Positions 38,578-52,155 are shown, counted from the stretch's first letter. The stretch is DNA of 64,000 nucleotides from Octopus vulgaris (GCA_951406725.2 OX597819.1:131068001-131132000), one strand, 5' to 3'. The notes: generated by a model not told the origin, from the sequence alone. Numbers and translations are program-made.

Positions 38578-40131
38578 AAGAAATTGATGAAGTCAAACCA
38601 AGAGATGGATGGGTCAGACCAAGAGATGGATGGGTTAGACCAAGAGATGGATGGGTTAGACCAAGAGATGGATGGGTCAGACCAAGAGATGGATGGGTTA
38701 GACCAAGAAATTGATGAAGTCAAACCAAGAGATGGATGGGTTAGACCAAGAGATGGATGGGTTAGACCAAGAAATTGATGAAGTCAGACCAAGAGATGGA
38801 TGGGTTAGACCAAGAAATTGATGAAGTCAAACCAAGAGATGGATGGGTTAGACCAAGAGATGGATGGGTTAGACCAAGAAATTGATGAAGTCAGACCAAG
38901 AGATGGATGGGTTAGACCAAGAAATTGATGAAGTCAGACCAAGAGATGGATGGGTTAGACCAAGAGATGGATGGGTTAGACCAAGAGATGGATGGGTTAG
39001 ACCAAGAAATTGATGAAGTCAGACCAAGAGATGGATGGGTTAGACCAAGAGATGGATGGGTTAGACCAAGAGATGGATGGGTCAGACCAAGAGATGGATG
39101 GGTTAGACCAAGAGATGGATGGGTCAGACCAAGAGATGGATGGGTTAGACCAAGAAATTGATGAAGTCAGACCAAGAGATGGATGGGTTAGACCAAGAGA
39201 TGGATGGGTTAGACCAAGAAATTGATGAAGTCAGACCAAGAGATGGATGGGTTAGACCAAGAAATTGATGAAGTCAGACCAAGAGATGGATGGGTTAGAC
39301 CAAGAGATGGATGGGTTAGACCAAGAAATTGATGAAGTCAGACCAAGAGATGGATGGGTTAGACCAAGAGATGGATGGGTTAGACCAAGAGATGGATGGG
39401 TTAGACCAAGAAATTGATGAAGTCAGACCAAGAGATGGATGGGTTAGACCAAGAAATTGATGAAGTCAGACCAAGAGATGGATGGGTTAGACCAAGAGAT
39501 GGATGGGTTAGACCAAGAGATGGATGGGTTAGACCAAGAAATTGATGAAGTCAGACCAAGAGATGGATGGGTTAGACCAAGAGATGGATGGGTTAGACCA
39601 AGAGATGGATGGGTCAGACCAAGAGATGGATGGGTTAGACCAAGAGATGGATGGGTCAGACCAAGAGATGGATGGGTTAGACCAAGAAATTGATGAAGTC
39701 AGACCAAGAGATGGATGGGTTAGACCAAGAGATGGATGGGTTAGACCAAGAAATTGATGAAGTCAGACCAAGAGATGGATGGGTTAGACCAAGAAATTGA
39801 TGAAGTCAGACCAAGAGATGGATGGGTTAGACCAAGAGATGGATGGGTTAGACCAAGAGATGGATGGGTTAGACCAAGAAATTGATGAAGTCAGACCAAG
39901 AGATGGATGGGTTAGACCAAGAAATTGATGAAGTCAAACCAAGAGATGGATGGGTTAGACCAAGAGATGGATGGGTTAGACCAAGAAATTGATGAAGTCA
40001 GACCAAGAGATGGATGGGTTAGACCAAGAGAAAGATGGGTTAGACCAAGAGATGGATGGGTTAGACCAAGAGATGGATGGGTTAGACCAAGAGATGGATG
40101 GGTCAGACCAAGAGATGGATGGGTTAGACCA
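38578..40131. repeat. Composite 21/22-bp minisatellite with a 532-bp higher-order period
   Basis: Unit A is CCAAGAGATGGATGGGTTAGA and unit B is CCAAGAAATTGATGAAGTCAGA. Identical ORF translations recur at an offset of 532. Confidence 0.95.
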
Positions 40132-40460
40132 GGTTTTTGAGGATCAAAACATGCAATAATCGTGACAGTGCTTCTACAACTCCAATATCAAGGCAATAAT
40201 TGAGAGCAGCAGCAGCAATCAGCAGCAAGTGTCAGAGAATTTCTTAAATGGAATTAGCAGGAAGTAAAAAGTGGAGTAGAATAAATGTTTTATTATAACT
40301 GTTTGTTTGATGCCTTCATTTGTTTGTTTAACCTTTTGCTAACTGAAACATGAAAACACTTGAAGCACTTAAAGTGAATTACTTGGAAAGATGGTCTCCC
40401 CCTCTCATCGTCCTTTATTAGATATTGCATGGAGGATGATAATATGAAAGAATATACGAA

Positions 40461-42235
40461 TAGAAGAAGAAGAAGAGGAAGGAGAAGAAGAAGGAGAAGA
40501 AGAAGAAGAAGAAGAAGAAGAAGGAGGAGGAGAAGAAGAAGAAGAATAAGAAGAAGGAGGAGGAGAAGAAGAAGAAGGAGGAGGAGAAGAAGAAGAAGGA
40601 GAAGAAGAAGAAGAAGGAGGAAGATAAAAAGAAGAAGAAGATGGAGGAAGAGAAGAAGAAGAAGAAGAAGAAGAAGAAGAAGAAGAAGAAGAAGGAGAAG
40701 AAGAAGAAGGAGAAGAAGAAGAAGAAGAAGAATAAGAAGAAGGAGGAGGAGAAGAAGAAGAAGAAGAAGAAGGAGAAGAAGAAGAAGAAGAAGAAGAAGG
40801 AGAAGAAGAAGAAGAAGAAGGAGAAGAAGAAGAAGGAGAAGAAGAAGAAGAAGAAGAAGGAGAAGAAGAAGAAGAAGAAGAAGAAGAAGAAGAAGAAGGA
40901 GGAGGAGAAGAAGAAGGAGGAAGAGAAAAGAAGAAGAAGATGGAGGAAGAAGAAGAAGAAGAAGAAGAAGAAGAAGAAGAAGGAGAAGAAGAAGAAGAAG
41001 AAGAAGAAGAAGAAGAAGAAGAAGAAGAAGAAGAAGAAGAAGAAGAAGAAGAAGAAGAAGAAGAAGAAGAAGAAGAAGAAGAAGAAGGAGAAGAAGAAGA
41101 AGAAGAAGAAGAAGAAGAAGAAGAAGAAGAAGAAGAAGAATAAGAAGAAGGAGGAGGAGAAGAAGAAGAAGGAGGAAGAGAAGAAGAAGAAGAAGAAGAA
41201 GAAGAAGAAGAAGAAGAAGAAGAAGGAGGAAGAGAAGAAGAAGAAGAAGAAGAAGGAGGAAGAGAAAAAGGAGAAGGAGGAGGAGAAGAAGAAGAAGAAG
41301 AAGGAGGAGGAGGAGGAGGAGGAGAAGAAGGAGGAGAAGAAGAAGAAGAAGAAGAAGAAGAAGAAGAAGAAGAAGAAGAAGAAGAAGAAGGAGGAGGAGG
41401 AGGAGGAGGAGGAGAAGAAGAAGAAGAAGAAGAAGAAGAAGAAGAAGAAGAAGAAGAAGAAGAAGAAGAAGAAGAAGAAGAGAAGAAGAAGAAGAAGAAG
41501 AAGAAGAAGAAGAAGAAGAAGAAGAAGAAGAAGGAGGAGGAGAAGAAGAAGAAGGAGGAGGAGAAGAAGAAGAAGGAGAAGAAGAAGAAGAAGGAGGAAG
41601 ATAAAAAGAAGAAGAAGATGGAGGAAGAAGAAGAAGAAGAAGAAGAAGAAGAAGAAGAGAAGAAGAAGAAGGAGAAGAAGAAGAAGAAGAAGAATAAGAA
41701 GAAGGAGGAGGAGAAGGAGAAGAAGAAGAAGAAGAAGAAGAAGAAGAAGGAGAAGAAGAAGAAGAAGAAGAAGGAGAAGAAGAAGGAGAAGAAGAAGGAG
41801 AAGAAGAAGAAGAAGAAGAAGAAGAAGAAGAAGAAGAAGAAGAAGAAGAAGAAGAAGAAGGAGGAGGAGAAGAAGAAGGAGGAAGAGAAAAAGAAGAAGA
41901 AGATGGAGGAAGAGAAGAAGAAGAAGAAGAAGAAGAAGAAGAAGGAGAAGAAGAAGAAGAAGAAGAAGAAGAAGGAGAAGAAGAAGAAGAAGAAGAAGGA
42001 GAAGAAGAAGAAGAAGAAGAATAAGAAGAAGGAGGAGGAGAAGAAGAAGAAGGAGGAAGAGAAGAAGAAGAAGAAGAAGAAGAAGAAGAAGGAGGAAGAG
42101 AAGAAGAAGAAGAAGAAGAAGGAGGAAGAGAAGAAGGAGAAGGAGGAGGAGAAGAAGAAGAAGAAGGAGGAGGAGGAGGAGGAGAAGAAGGAGGAGGAGG
42201 AGAAGAAGAAGAAGAAGAAGAAGAAGAAGAAGAAA
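40461..42235. repeat. (GAA)n/(GGA)n polypurine tract of about 1.8 kb, followed by (TAG)n
   Basis: Direct reading. Confidence 0.97.
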
Positions 42236-42237
42236 GG

Positions 42238-42276
<39 letters not shown>

Positions 42277-42677
42277 TGAGGAGGAGGAGGAGAGTGAAAG
42301 AAAGACAAGGAGAAAGAGATACAGGGTGAGACAGGGAAATGGGGGAGAGGAGAAAAGGAATGTCAGAGGGTGATTGACTAAAAGAAAAAGAGAGAGAGAG
42401 AGAGAGAAGCAATCAGAGAAGTGTCAGAGAATTCTTAAATGGAATTACAGGAAGTAAAAAGGGAGAAACAGAATAAATGATTGATTGCAAAATCATTTTT
42501 TGAAGACTTCAGTTTCAAGAATTTCTATCAAAATACAGAGAGAAAACTCACAGAAAAATTTTAAGTCTCATAATTTCATACGTTCTTTCAAGTTTTGCTA
42601 AAGTGTCTAAGCTGCTGCATCTATACACATTCTCACACAAATATATATATGTCTGTGTGTGTGTGTGTGGGGGGTGT

Positions 42678-43186
42678 ATTCCATGCTAGTATGGGTTGGA
42701 CGGTTTGACTGTGGGCTGGTGAACCAGATGGCCGCACCAGGCTCCAGTCTTGATCAGGCAGTGTTTCAACAGCTGGATGCCCTTCCTAACGCCAATCACT
42801 CCGAGAGTGTAGTGGGTGCTTTTACATGCCGCTGGCATGGGGGCCAGTCAGGCTGTACTGGCAATGACCTCGCTCAAATTTTTTTTACACATGCCAACGG
42901 CACAGGTGCCAGTAAGGCAATGCTGGTAACGATCATGCTCGAATGGTGTCTCCTACATGCCACCGGCACAGAAGCCAGTTAGCTGCTCTGGCAACGATCA
43001 CGCTCGGATGGTGCTCTTAGCACCCTACTAGCATGGAGCACAAGTGCCAGTAAGGTGAGGCTGGCAACAATCACACTCAAATGGTGCCTTTTATGTGCCA
43101 CTGGCACGAAAGCCGGTTAGCCGCTCTGTCAATGATGACCCTCGTACGGTGCTCGTGTCTGTCATCAAATTTCACTTTGATTTTGA
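42678..43186 (-). mobile_element. RTE-type 3' tail repeat (family A), long copy
   Basis: Same subfamily as 14065 and 31201. Confidence 0.85.
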
Positions 43187-43202
43187 TATATATATATATA
43201 AT

Positions 43203-44020
43203 ATTATAAATTAGGGTATCTACGAGATACCACCATGCTGAAAATAGCAGCCATGATCTGACTCTAAAACCACCTTAATTTTCCATATATCAACACGGAG
43301 AGGAATGAAGAGACAAGATGAAACTAGTAAAAATTTACTGGATAATTCTAGATCCTGGATTTCTGACTTAGCATTTAGGAGTGCTTTGCCTCGTCTGTAG
43401 AATACACACTGAAGAGAAACATAAATACATATATATATAAGCACAACATACGAATACTTACATATATGAACGTATACATATATATATTATATATATGCAC
43501 GTATGCATCATGACCATTTCAAAATGCCTGCCATTTAATTCCATGTGAGATATGGTCAAAATATTGCCACAGTAAATACAGTGATGAAATAAATCTAAAT
43601 TTATATAAATAAGGATAAATAAGAATGCATTCCAAAATGCAAAGTCAGAAATCCGGGATCTCGAATTATCCAGTAATCTTTTACTTGTTTCATCTTGTCT
43701 CTTCGCTTCTCTCCATGTTGATATATGGAAAATTAAGGTAGTTTTAGAGTCAGATCATAGCTGCTATTTTCAGCATGGTGGTATCTCGTAGATACCCTAA
43801 TTTATAATTTTAATAATTATTACCTTTGAAGGTTATTTTTTCCATGCTGGCCACTTGATAAAATTGTTATTTTATTTTAAATTAACTATCTTATCCTTAT
43901 TTATATAAATTTAAATTTATTTCATCACTGTAGTTACTGCGGTGATATTTTAACCATATCTCACATGGAATTAAACAGCGGGCATTTTAAAATGGTCATG
44001 ATGCATACGTGCATATATAT
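43203..44020. repeat. Interlocked inverted repeats A-B-A'-B'
   Basis: A 43203-43369 / A' 43642-43808, and B 43489-43618 / B' 43891-44020. Confidence 0.85.
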
Positions 44021-44296
44021 ATATATATATATATATATGTATACATTTCGGTTAATGAATTTTAATTACCTTTTTCTGATGATATCTGAAAAGAAACAGC
44101 AATTTTAGCAAAACATATTAAGCACCACTAATAATAAATCAAAAAACATAAAAATAAACAAGATTTGATGGTTTTATAGATATTTCAAAATTAGGATGCT
44201 ACTTTGCTAGGTGTTTCCATTATTTTGTCAAGCCCCTATATCATCATCATCATCATCATCGTTATATATATACACACACACACATACATACATACA

Positions 44297-44361
<65 letters not shown>

Positions 44362-45489
44362 GCATATGGAGAGAGAGAATGACACACACACAAACAAACA
44401 TACATATGTACATACATCTTACAGTGTCTGAAGAGGCTTCTTTAAACCCTGGAAAAACTTTTCATTAATTGTAGCTCTATTATACTTAAATATTTAAGTA
44501 ATGATTTAACTTAACATTAATTAACCTTAAGAAATTATATTTAGTTATTTGAAAAGATTAATATTTAGATAGACGTATAGAATTTTGTTATTTTCTAATT
44601 ATGCACAAATATCTATACTTATTATGATTTTCTTTCATCTTCCTTATTCTTCTGTTAACAATTTACAAATTTGTAATTGTTAATAGGAAGATTCTACAAA
44701 ATCAAATAGCTTACGTTTTAACAATGTGTAAGTCTCTCCATGTTAACCTCAGTTTACCTAGCTAGCAGGAAGTCATACCATTCCATCTAAGTACATTGCA
44801 TTTAAAAGACTAGTAGTTAAGACAAGTAGGAGGTTATCCACTTAACACCTTGAAGCCTGAGCTAAGTACCAGGCTCTTCAGAGTCGCTCTTTTTCTATCT
44901 GAGGTTGAAGAGATATTAAAAGAAAATTCTTTTGACAAATGTAGTGGTGTAATTAAGTTTTCTCTGTAAGGCCCTGCATTGTAGCTTCAATCCCACAGTG
45001 CAATAACCTAGGTCTGTATCTTCTACAATAAGTTGAAATTGTCATAAGTGTAACTGTAGAGATAGTGTGAAAGGGTGAGGTGAGAGGAAGTGTTGCATGA
45101 TTACAGTTACTTGAAGGGTTACCAGGTTCATTAGCATTCTGCTTCTTGAACCTTTGAGTCGAGCCATGAAATATTCACACACTACTCCTACACACATAAA
45201 CACCACTGTGTTGACATACAACATCTGTAGCTACAGACATTGCTGTCACGAAAATACTATTATTGTTGGAGCTGGTTAGTTATTCAAAAGACAATGAAAT
45301 GGTAGTGGTGGTGGTGGTAGTGGCAGTGTTGACTGCATCATTTTTGGAGTTGGTGATAGTGGTGGTGTTGCTAATGGCTGCAGTGGTCATATTCTTCTTC
45401 TTTGTTTTATTGTTGCTGTTTAGTCTTAAGTCAATCCGCATTGACTTAAGATCAAAAACATTTCATTCTACTTTTAAAATACTTTAGAA

Positions 45490-46191
45490 TTCTGTGCCAG
45501 TGGTACGTAAAAAGCACCAACCGATCATGGCCATTGCCAGCCTACCCTGGCACCTAAAAAGCACCATCCATATGTGGCCGATGCTAGCACCACCTTGACT
45601 GGCTTCCGTGCCAGTGGCATGTAAAAAGCACCATCCGAACGTGGCCATTGCCAGCCTCCCCTGGCACCTGTGCTGGTGGCGTGTAAAAAGCACCCACTAC
45701 ACTCACGGAGTGGTTGGCATTAGGAAGGGCATCCAGCTGTAGAAACACTGCTAGATCAAGATTGTTGCCTGGTGCAGCCTCCTGGCTTCCCAGAACCCGG
45801 TCAAACCGTCCAACCCATGCCAGCATGGAAAACGGACGTTAAACGATGATGAGGATGAGGATGATGAATACCACATTATCTCATGTGATGGTATTTATTT
45901 TAGATGGAATTGCTTATCTTGTTCATAATATTGTTGTTGATGTTGTTGGTCATTAAGAAGTTGGTAATGGCAGTAATTGTATTGATTTTGGTGTTGATGG
46001 TGAATGGTGGTGGTGGTTGTGAAGGCTGACTTATGTTTATATTTATGCAGACAGACAATGGTTGGTAATAGGAAGAGCACCCAGCCGTAGAAACCAAGCC
46101 AAATCAAATTGGTACCTGGTGCAGCTCTCCAGCCTTGCCAGCTCTGATCAAACGATTCAACCCATGTCAGCATGGAAAACAGACGTTAAAG

Positions 46192-46210
<19 letters not shown>
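45490..46210 (+). mobile_element. RTE-type 3' tail copies (45490-45867 and an older variant at 46068-46210)
   Basis: Core and (GAT)n tails. Confidence 0.8.
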
Positions 46211-46224
<14 letters not shown>

Positions 46225-46664
46225 GGCGACGACGACGACAATGATGATGATGATGGTGATGATGGTGATGATGATGACAAACAGATATTTATGTAGACAG
46301 ACAGTGTAACCCCCCAAAATACATACACACACACACAAATATTTACAGTGAAAAATTCCCCCTCACACACTGTAAGAGTTTATAGTGATGCATACACGAA
46401 TACTTGTATGCACATGCATATGCACTCATGCACACACACACACATATACACACACACATATACACACTCACATACACACACTCACTCATACATACATACA
46501 CTCACACACACATACACACACACTCACAAACACATACACACACATATGCACACACTCACGCACACATAGACACACACACACACACACGCACTCACACACA
46601 TACATACAACATTTATCTTAATTTGTCAAACAATAGTCTATTATGGCTCACACATACTCACTCA

Positions 46665-46722
<58 letters not shown>

Positions 46723-47268
46723 CCCAGAGGCCAGTTCTGGGTCTTTTAGCTAAGATTAAATTATAGCAAACAATTTGAAAAACTATAATAAAAACATACA
46801 CACATGCATTTATGTATGTATATATGTGCTTTTTTTTTATTATAATTTTTCAAATTGTTTGTTAAAATGCCAAGAACTGGCTTTTTGGCTAAGAAGAAAG
46901 TTGTTTTGAAATTGTTAAAGTCTAAGTTTCCATAAGGGCAAAATTTTGCACCCTTTCCTGAAATTAACGGTCATACTTTACTATTTCCATAAGTGTGAAG
47001 TCCCATATCTTTAGGTAACCAAAGTGCAGGGGATACTGTACCCAAGAAAATAATTAATCCATTGCCCCCCCTCCCCCGGCCAAAGTATGTTCGAAAGTGT
47101 ATCAGAAGGTCTGAAAATGTGAGAAATTGAGAAAAAAAGTCACGAAAACAGCTGCATTTGTAACAATGTCCTGAAATATTTATCTTAATTTATCTTAATT
47201 TGTCAAACAACAATCTAGTATGCCTGATATTTTAGTATGTTTTCTTTATACTTTTCCTCTCCACAAAA

Positions 47269-47670
47269 GGTGCAGGCATGGCTGTATGGTAAGAAGTTTG
47301 CTTCCAGACCAAATGGCTCTGGGTTCACTCCCACTTTGTGACATCTTAGACAAGTGTTTTTTGCTATTGCCTCAGGCCAAAGCCTTGTGAGTGGATTCAA
47401 TAGAGGGGAACTGGAAGAAAATTGTTGTATGTATGTGTGTGAGTGTGTGTGTGTGCTTATATTTGTATCTGTGTTTGTTATGCACTACTGCTTGATAATC
47501 AGTGTTGGTGTGTTAGCATTCCAGCGACATAGCAGTTCAGCAAAAGAGACTGATAGAAGCACCAGGCTTTAAAAACAATAATTACTGGAGTCTATTCACT
47601 CAACTAAAATTCTCATGGTTTCATGGTGGCCACAGTCTAATGACTGAAAGCAGTAAAAGACAGAAAAGAA
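47269..47670 (+). mobile_element. SINE family B, degraded
   Basis: Similarity to 50462-50870. Confidence 0.75.
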
Positions 47671-47749
47671 AAATGGAAAAGAAAACCAAGCAAACTTCTT
47701 TGAACAGGTCCAACTGTTTGATAAATGTGACAGTGTTAACAGCAACCAT

Positions 47750-48300
47750 CGAGATACGGCACAATGTACCTCGTCGAAAATGGAATCACTGGTGTCAATG
47801 TTTTCAAACGATATTCAGAATGGCATAATCAAGTTTTTCAGTATTTATGGAAGAAAATCAATATCAAATAAAGACAAGTCAGCAACAGTATATTCATTTC
47901 TTTTTGATGAGACTACAGATGTTTGTCCACACTGAACTGGCTTCTATGTCCATATTCTATGTGTCAAATAATGAAATCAAAGAACATTTCATTGAAGAAC
48001 TTGGTGTACTTGTAGCATCTGTAACCAGTGGAGAACTGGAGAGAATGACTCTTTGAAAAGAAATGGTTTTTCAGACAGAAAGCACTTGAAGAACTTGGTC
48101 TATGATAGTAAGGCTGGTAATATGAATGGATTGTAAAAGAGACTTCAGTCAAAGATTTTTCTCTACAATGAAATAGTTTTATATATTTACTGCCATGCGC
48201 ACCGCCCGAGGCCTTCTGCTTGTGGAAAATTCAAAATCAAACTATTTTCCCGATTTTTGTTTTTCATTTTTGATAAAGACAACATGCAAATTTGTGAAGC
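47750..48300 (+). mobile_element. Decayed hAT-type transposase fragment
   Basis: YSFLFDETTDV (first catalytic D motif) at about 47890-47922, then after a frameshift ELA..IFYVSNNEIKEHFI. Confidence 0.5.
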
Positions 48301-48319
48301 ATTCCGTATTTTTCTACTT

Positions 48320-48482
48320 AGCGCAGGCATGGCTGTGTGGTAAGAAGCTTGCTTCACAACCACATGGTTCTGAGTTCAGTTCCACTGTGTGGCCCCTTGG
48401 GCAAGTGTCTTTTGCTATAGCCTTGGGCCAACCAAAGTCTTGTGAGTGGATTTGGTAAATGAAAACTTAAAAGAGCCAATCG

Positions 48483-48540
<58 letters not shown>

Positions 48541-48737
48541 TGTGTGTGTATGTGTGTTTATCCCCCCAACACCACCACTTGACAACTGGTGTTGGTTTGT
48601 TTATGCCCCAATATAATAAGTACAAGGCTTAAAGAAAAAAAATAAGTACTGGAGTTAATTAATTCAGCTAAAAGTTCTTCAAGGCGGTGCCCCAGCATGG
48701 CCACAGTCTAATGATTGAAACAGATAAAAGATAAAAA
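48320..48737 (+). mobile_element. SINE family B
   Basis: Full head, (TG)n middle and 3' end. Confidence 0.8.
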
Positions 48738-48978
48738 CATAGCAGAAGAGTTAGTTTCATTTCAATATCAAGTTATGTGGCATGTTTCAACTTTGCATCT
48801 ATTTTGGGTTTTGTGCTCAAGAACTGAAGAAGTTCTCTGATCCCACAAGCCAGAGCTACAGAGAAACCGCTCTGTAAATATTAACGAAGGTATTTATGGC
48901 TCTGGGACATTTTCCAATCAAGATGTGAAACTACTCAACCAGATTCAGCAATACTGTTTACATTGTATTATTTCTGGA

Positions 48979-49600
48979 TATAATAATAATAATAATAATT
49001 GTGTACAGTGCTCAGGTGCACTACAACTCATCTAAAGTGTATATATAATCAGGTGTAGTTTCGGCGGATTTCGGAAAGCATGAGGGCCTTAAAAGATGCA
49101 GTGTCATGGCAGTCAACAACTGACGCAGGCAGTTTATTCCATGCTTCAGCAACTCTGAGCGTGAAAAAATGTTTCCGAAAGTCATGGGAGCTGTATTGTT
49201 TTCTGACTTTGTAGGCATGTCCACGTGTGTTAGACACATGGAGATCAAAAAGGTGTTCAGTGTTGTTGTTGGTGAGGTGGTTGATAACTTTGTGGGTGTT
49301 TACCAAGTCCGTCGCCAAACGCCGGAGCTTCAGTGAATCCATGCCCAGGGAAACAAGGCGCTCAGAATATGGTAGGTGTCTGATGGAGGGTATGCGTTTG
49401 GTTGCACGTCTCTGGACAGATTCCAGGAGGTCAATGTTCTGTGCAAGATAGGGTTCCAAACTGATGATGCGAATTCCAAGTGTGGTCGTACCATAGCTGT
49501 ATACAGTTTTAAATAGATGGCTGGAGAGCGGCTAACAAAAGACCTGCTGAGTGATGCCAAGACACCCTCGGCCTTCCTGACAATCTTAGAGATATGCTTT
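48979..49600 (-). mobile_element. 5'-truncated CR1-like LINE, second family
   Basis: LKLYTAMVRPHLEFASSVWNP..IDLLESVQRRATKRIP..YSERL..SLKLRRL..NTRGH..FRKHFFTLRVAEAWNKLP. (ATT)n tail. A 3'-end-only copy of about 35 bp lies at about 54457-54490 (+). Confidence 0.9.
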
Positions 49601-50461
49601 GAGTTTTTTCTTTGCCTTGAAACTGCTAAATCGGTTTTCTAGGAGACAAACTGCTGCCTCACAAGTTCTTCTAGCTGCCTGTACAATCATTGATGGTGAA
49701 GCTAAGAGGAAGATGAGTAGAAGAAAATTGGAAAAGAATTAAATATATATCAGAACATAACTCAACACGTTCAAGATATTCAGCTTCAGAGGAAACTTCT
49801 GCTTAAATCTGATTGAAAAACTCGTCAGCAAAGTTCAGGTGTAACAACAAATTAACCATCAAAGATTTCAGAGAAGTTACACGTTTTTGGATACACTAAC
49901 TCAAGAAATTGGGAGCAGATTTCAAGGAAAGAACGAAGATATTATTATCATCACCACCACCATCATCACCACTATCATTATCATTGTCATCATCATTGTC
50001 ATTGTCATTGGTGCTGTTGTTGTTGTCACCACCACCGCCACCTCCGCCATCATCATCATTTTACACCAGCTTTCTGAGCTGAAATGGGTTGGATGGGTTG
50101 TCATGATTTGAATCAGTGCCTATTCGTAATTGTTGCTCTACTCCAAGTTGTCTCCATTCATTCAATGCAGAAAAAAAAACGAGAACATGAACAGAAGAAA
50201 GGATACAGGTGTGACAGGTGAGTAAGGCAGAATGAATGTGATTGCAGAGAATGCAGTGAGGTGATGGGTAACCACATGTTGAGGCCTGGGGGGGGGGTAC
50301 AAAATAGATGAAGAGTAGAGTAAAGGAAGTTATGGGGGTGATCTATGTTAAGAAGGGATTAGGAAAGAAAAAGTGTACGAAAGAGAGAAGGGTTGGAAGA
50401 TAGCAATAAAGGTGTGCAATGGTAAGAGAGGGTGGTGGGTGTCAGTAAATGATGAATAATA

Positions 50462-50870
50462 GGCGCAGGAGAGTGGCTGTGTGGTAAGTAGCTTGCTAAC
50501 CAACCACATGGTTCCGGGTTCAGTCCCAATGCTTGGCATCTTGGGCAAGTGTCTTCTGCTATAGCCCCGGGCCGACCAATGCCTTGTGAGTGGATTTGGT
50601 AGACGGAAACTGAAAGAAGCCTGTCGTATATATGTATATATATATATATGTATGTGTGTGTTTGTGTGTCTGTGTTTGTTCCCCTAGCATTGCTTGACAA
50701 CCGATGCTGGTGTGTTTACGTCCCCGTCACTTAGCGGTTCGGCAAAAGAGATCGATAGAATAAGTACTGGGTGTATAAAGAATAAGTCCCGGGGTCGATT
50801 TGCTCGACTACAGGTGGTGCTCCAGCATGGCCACAGTCAAATGACTGAAATAAGCAAAAAAAAAAAAGAG
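50462..50870 (+). mobile_element. tRNA-derived SINE family B, full length
   Basis: GGCGCAGG..TGGCTGTGTGGTAAG (A box), GGGTTCAGTCCC (B box), CTTGGGCAAGTG CORE-like segment, internal microsatellite and A-rich tail. Confidence 0.88.
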
Positions 50871-50880
50871 AATAAGGCAG

Positions 50881-51175
50881 TGAAGGCGGTGGCTTAGTGG
50901 TTAGTGTATTTGAGCTGGCTACCGAGTGGGATGTCATATCCTTGAGCAAGATGCTTTACCTCATGTTGTTCCAGTTCACTCAACTGGCAAAAATGAGTCG
51001 TACCTTTGTTTCAAAGGGTCAGCCTTATCCCATCTTGTCCCATGCTGAATCTCCCAGAGAACCATGTTAAAAGTACTTGTATCTTGTGGAGTCCTCAGTC
51101 ATGTGCATGTGAGTTCCACAAGCAGGTTGCTTTGCAGATTGGATCGACTGGAACCCTTGTCGTCATAACCAACAG
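50881..51175 (+). mobile_element. SINE family D variant
   Basis: TGGCTTAGTGGTTAG head. CCAGTTCACTCAACTGGCAAAAATGAGT resembles the copy at 37437. Confidence 0.65.
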
Positions 51176-51704
51176 CAGAAAATAAGACAGTAAAAATCCT
51201 AAAGTTATTCAACAGCTTAAGTGTCCCAGTAAACTGGGAAGCTGGTGGAAACAAGGCAACATGGTGAAAAGTTCAGTGGTTTTGAAGAAGAGGTTAATAA
51301 AATTTCATAGAATTGAGAGCGTTTCACTTATCCTACTCATTATCAAAAAAGAAAAAGGAAAACAAATTATCAGAGATCCACCCTCAATCATTTCAAGGAA
51401 CCATGTTCATCTTGCTTTTACAATTATATATATGTTGCATAAAATTTGTGTAAAATTTTCAGCAACTGTAGTGTTTTTTTTTATCAACTCAAGTAACTAA
51501 ATATAAACAGCAAAACGCTTGTTGAGAAAAGAGACTCAAATTATGTAGTGCTTAGTATTGGCAAAACATTTCTATTAATAATAAAGAAGTGATAAATATT
51601 TTAAAGGGTTTGGCTGTGGTATGAAGATCATAGTGTATCATATGAATAATTGCAGGACGGTTAAAGTGAAAATAATCCTGGACTGCAAGCTGCCAGGAAG
51701 AGCA

Positions 51705-52155
51705 GCTTCCGTGCCAGTGGCACGTAAAAGGGCACCATTCGAGTGTGATCGTTACCAGCATCGCCTTACTGGCACTTGTGCCTGTGCTAGTAGGGTGCCA
51801 AGAGCACCATCCGAGCATGATCATTGCAAGAGCAGCCAAATGGCTTCCGTGCCGGTGGCACGTAAAAGGGCACCATTCAAGCATGATCGTTACTAGCGTT
51901 GCCTTACTGGCACCTGTGCCGGTGGCATGTGTAAAAAGATTTGAGTGAGGTCAGTGCCAGTACAGCCTGACTGGCCCCCGTGCCAGTGGCACATAAAAAG
52001 CACCCACTACACTCTCGGAGTGGTTGACATTAGGAAGGGCATCCAGCAGTAGAGACTCTGCCAGATCAAGACTGGAGCCTGGTGCAGCCATCTGGTTCGT
52101 CAGCCCTCAGGCAAAATCGTCTAACCCATGCTAGCATGGAAAGTGGACGTTAAAC
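51705..52155 (+). mobile_element. RTE-type 3' tail repeat (family A)
   Basis: Multiple tandem units and core. Confidence 0.85.

Noticed and set aside
36639-40131. CRISPR-like appearance of the 29-bp and 21/22-bp arrays
   Set aside because: No unique spacers and no cas genes, in a eukaryotic context. These are plain tandem repeats.
38584-40140. DQEMDGL / RPRDGWV repeat-protein ORFs
   Set aside because: Each 22-bp unit shifts frame and introduces stops, so there is no continuous ORF.
40293-42412. ORFs of 390-670 aa (poly-S/L/F/R/K/E)
   Set aside because: Translations of the (GAA)n tract, open only because the repeat lacks stop codons.
50462-50535. tRNA genes at SINE heads (also 37437 and 26432)
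   Set aside because: A/B boxes are present but there is no cloverleaf, and they continue into multi-copy SINE bodies.
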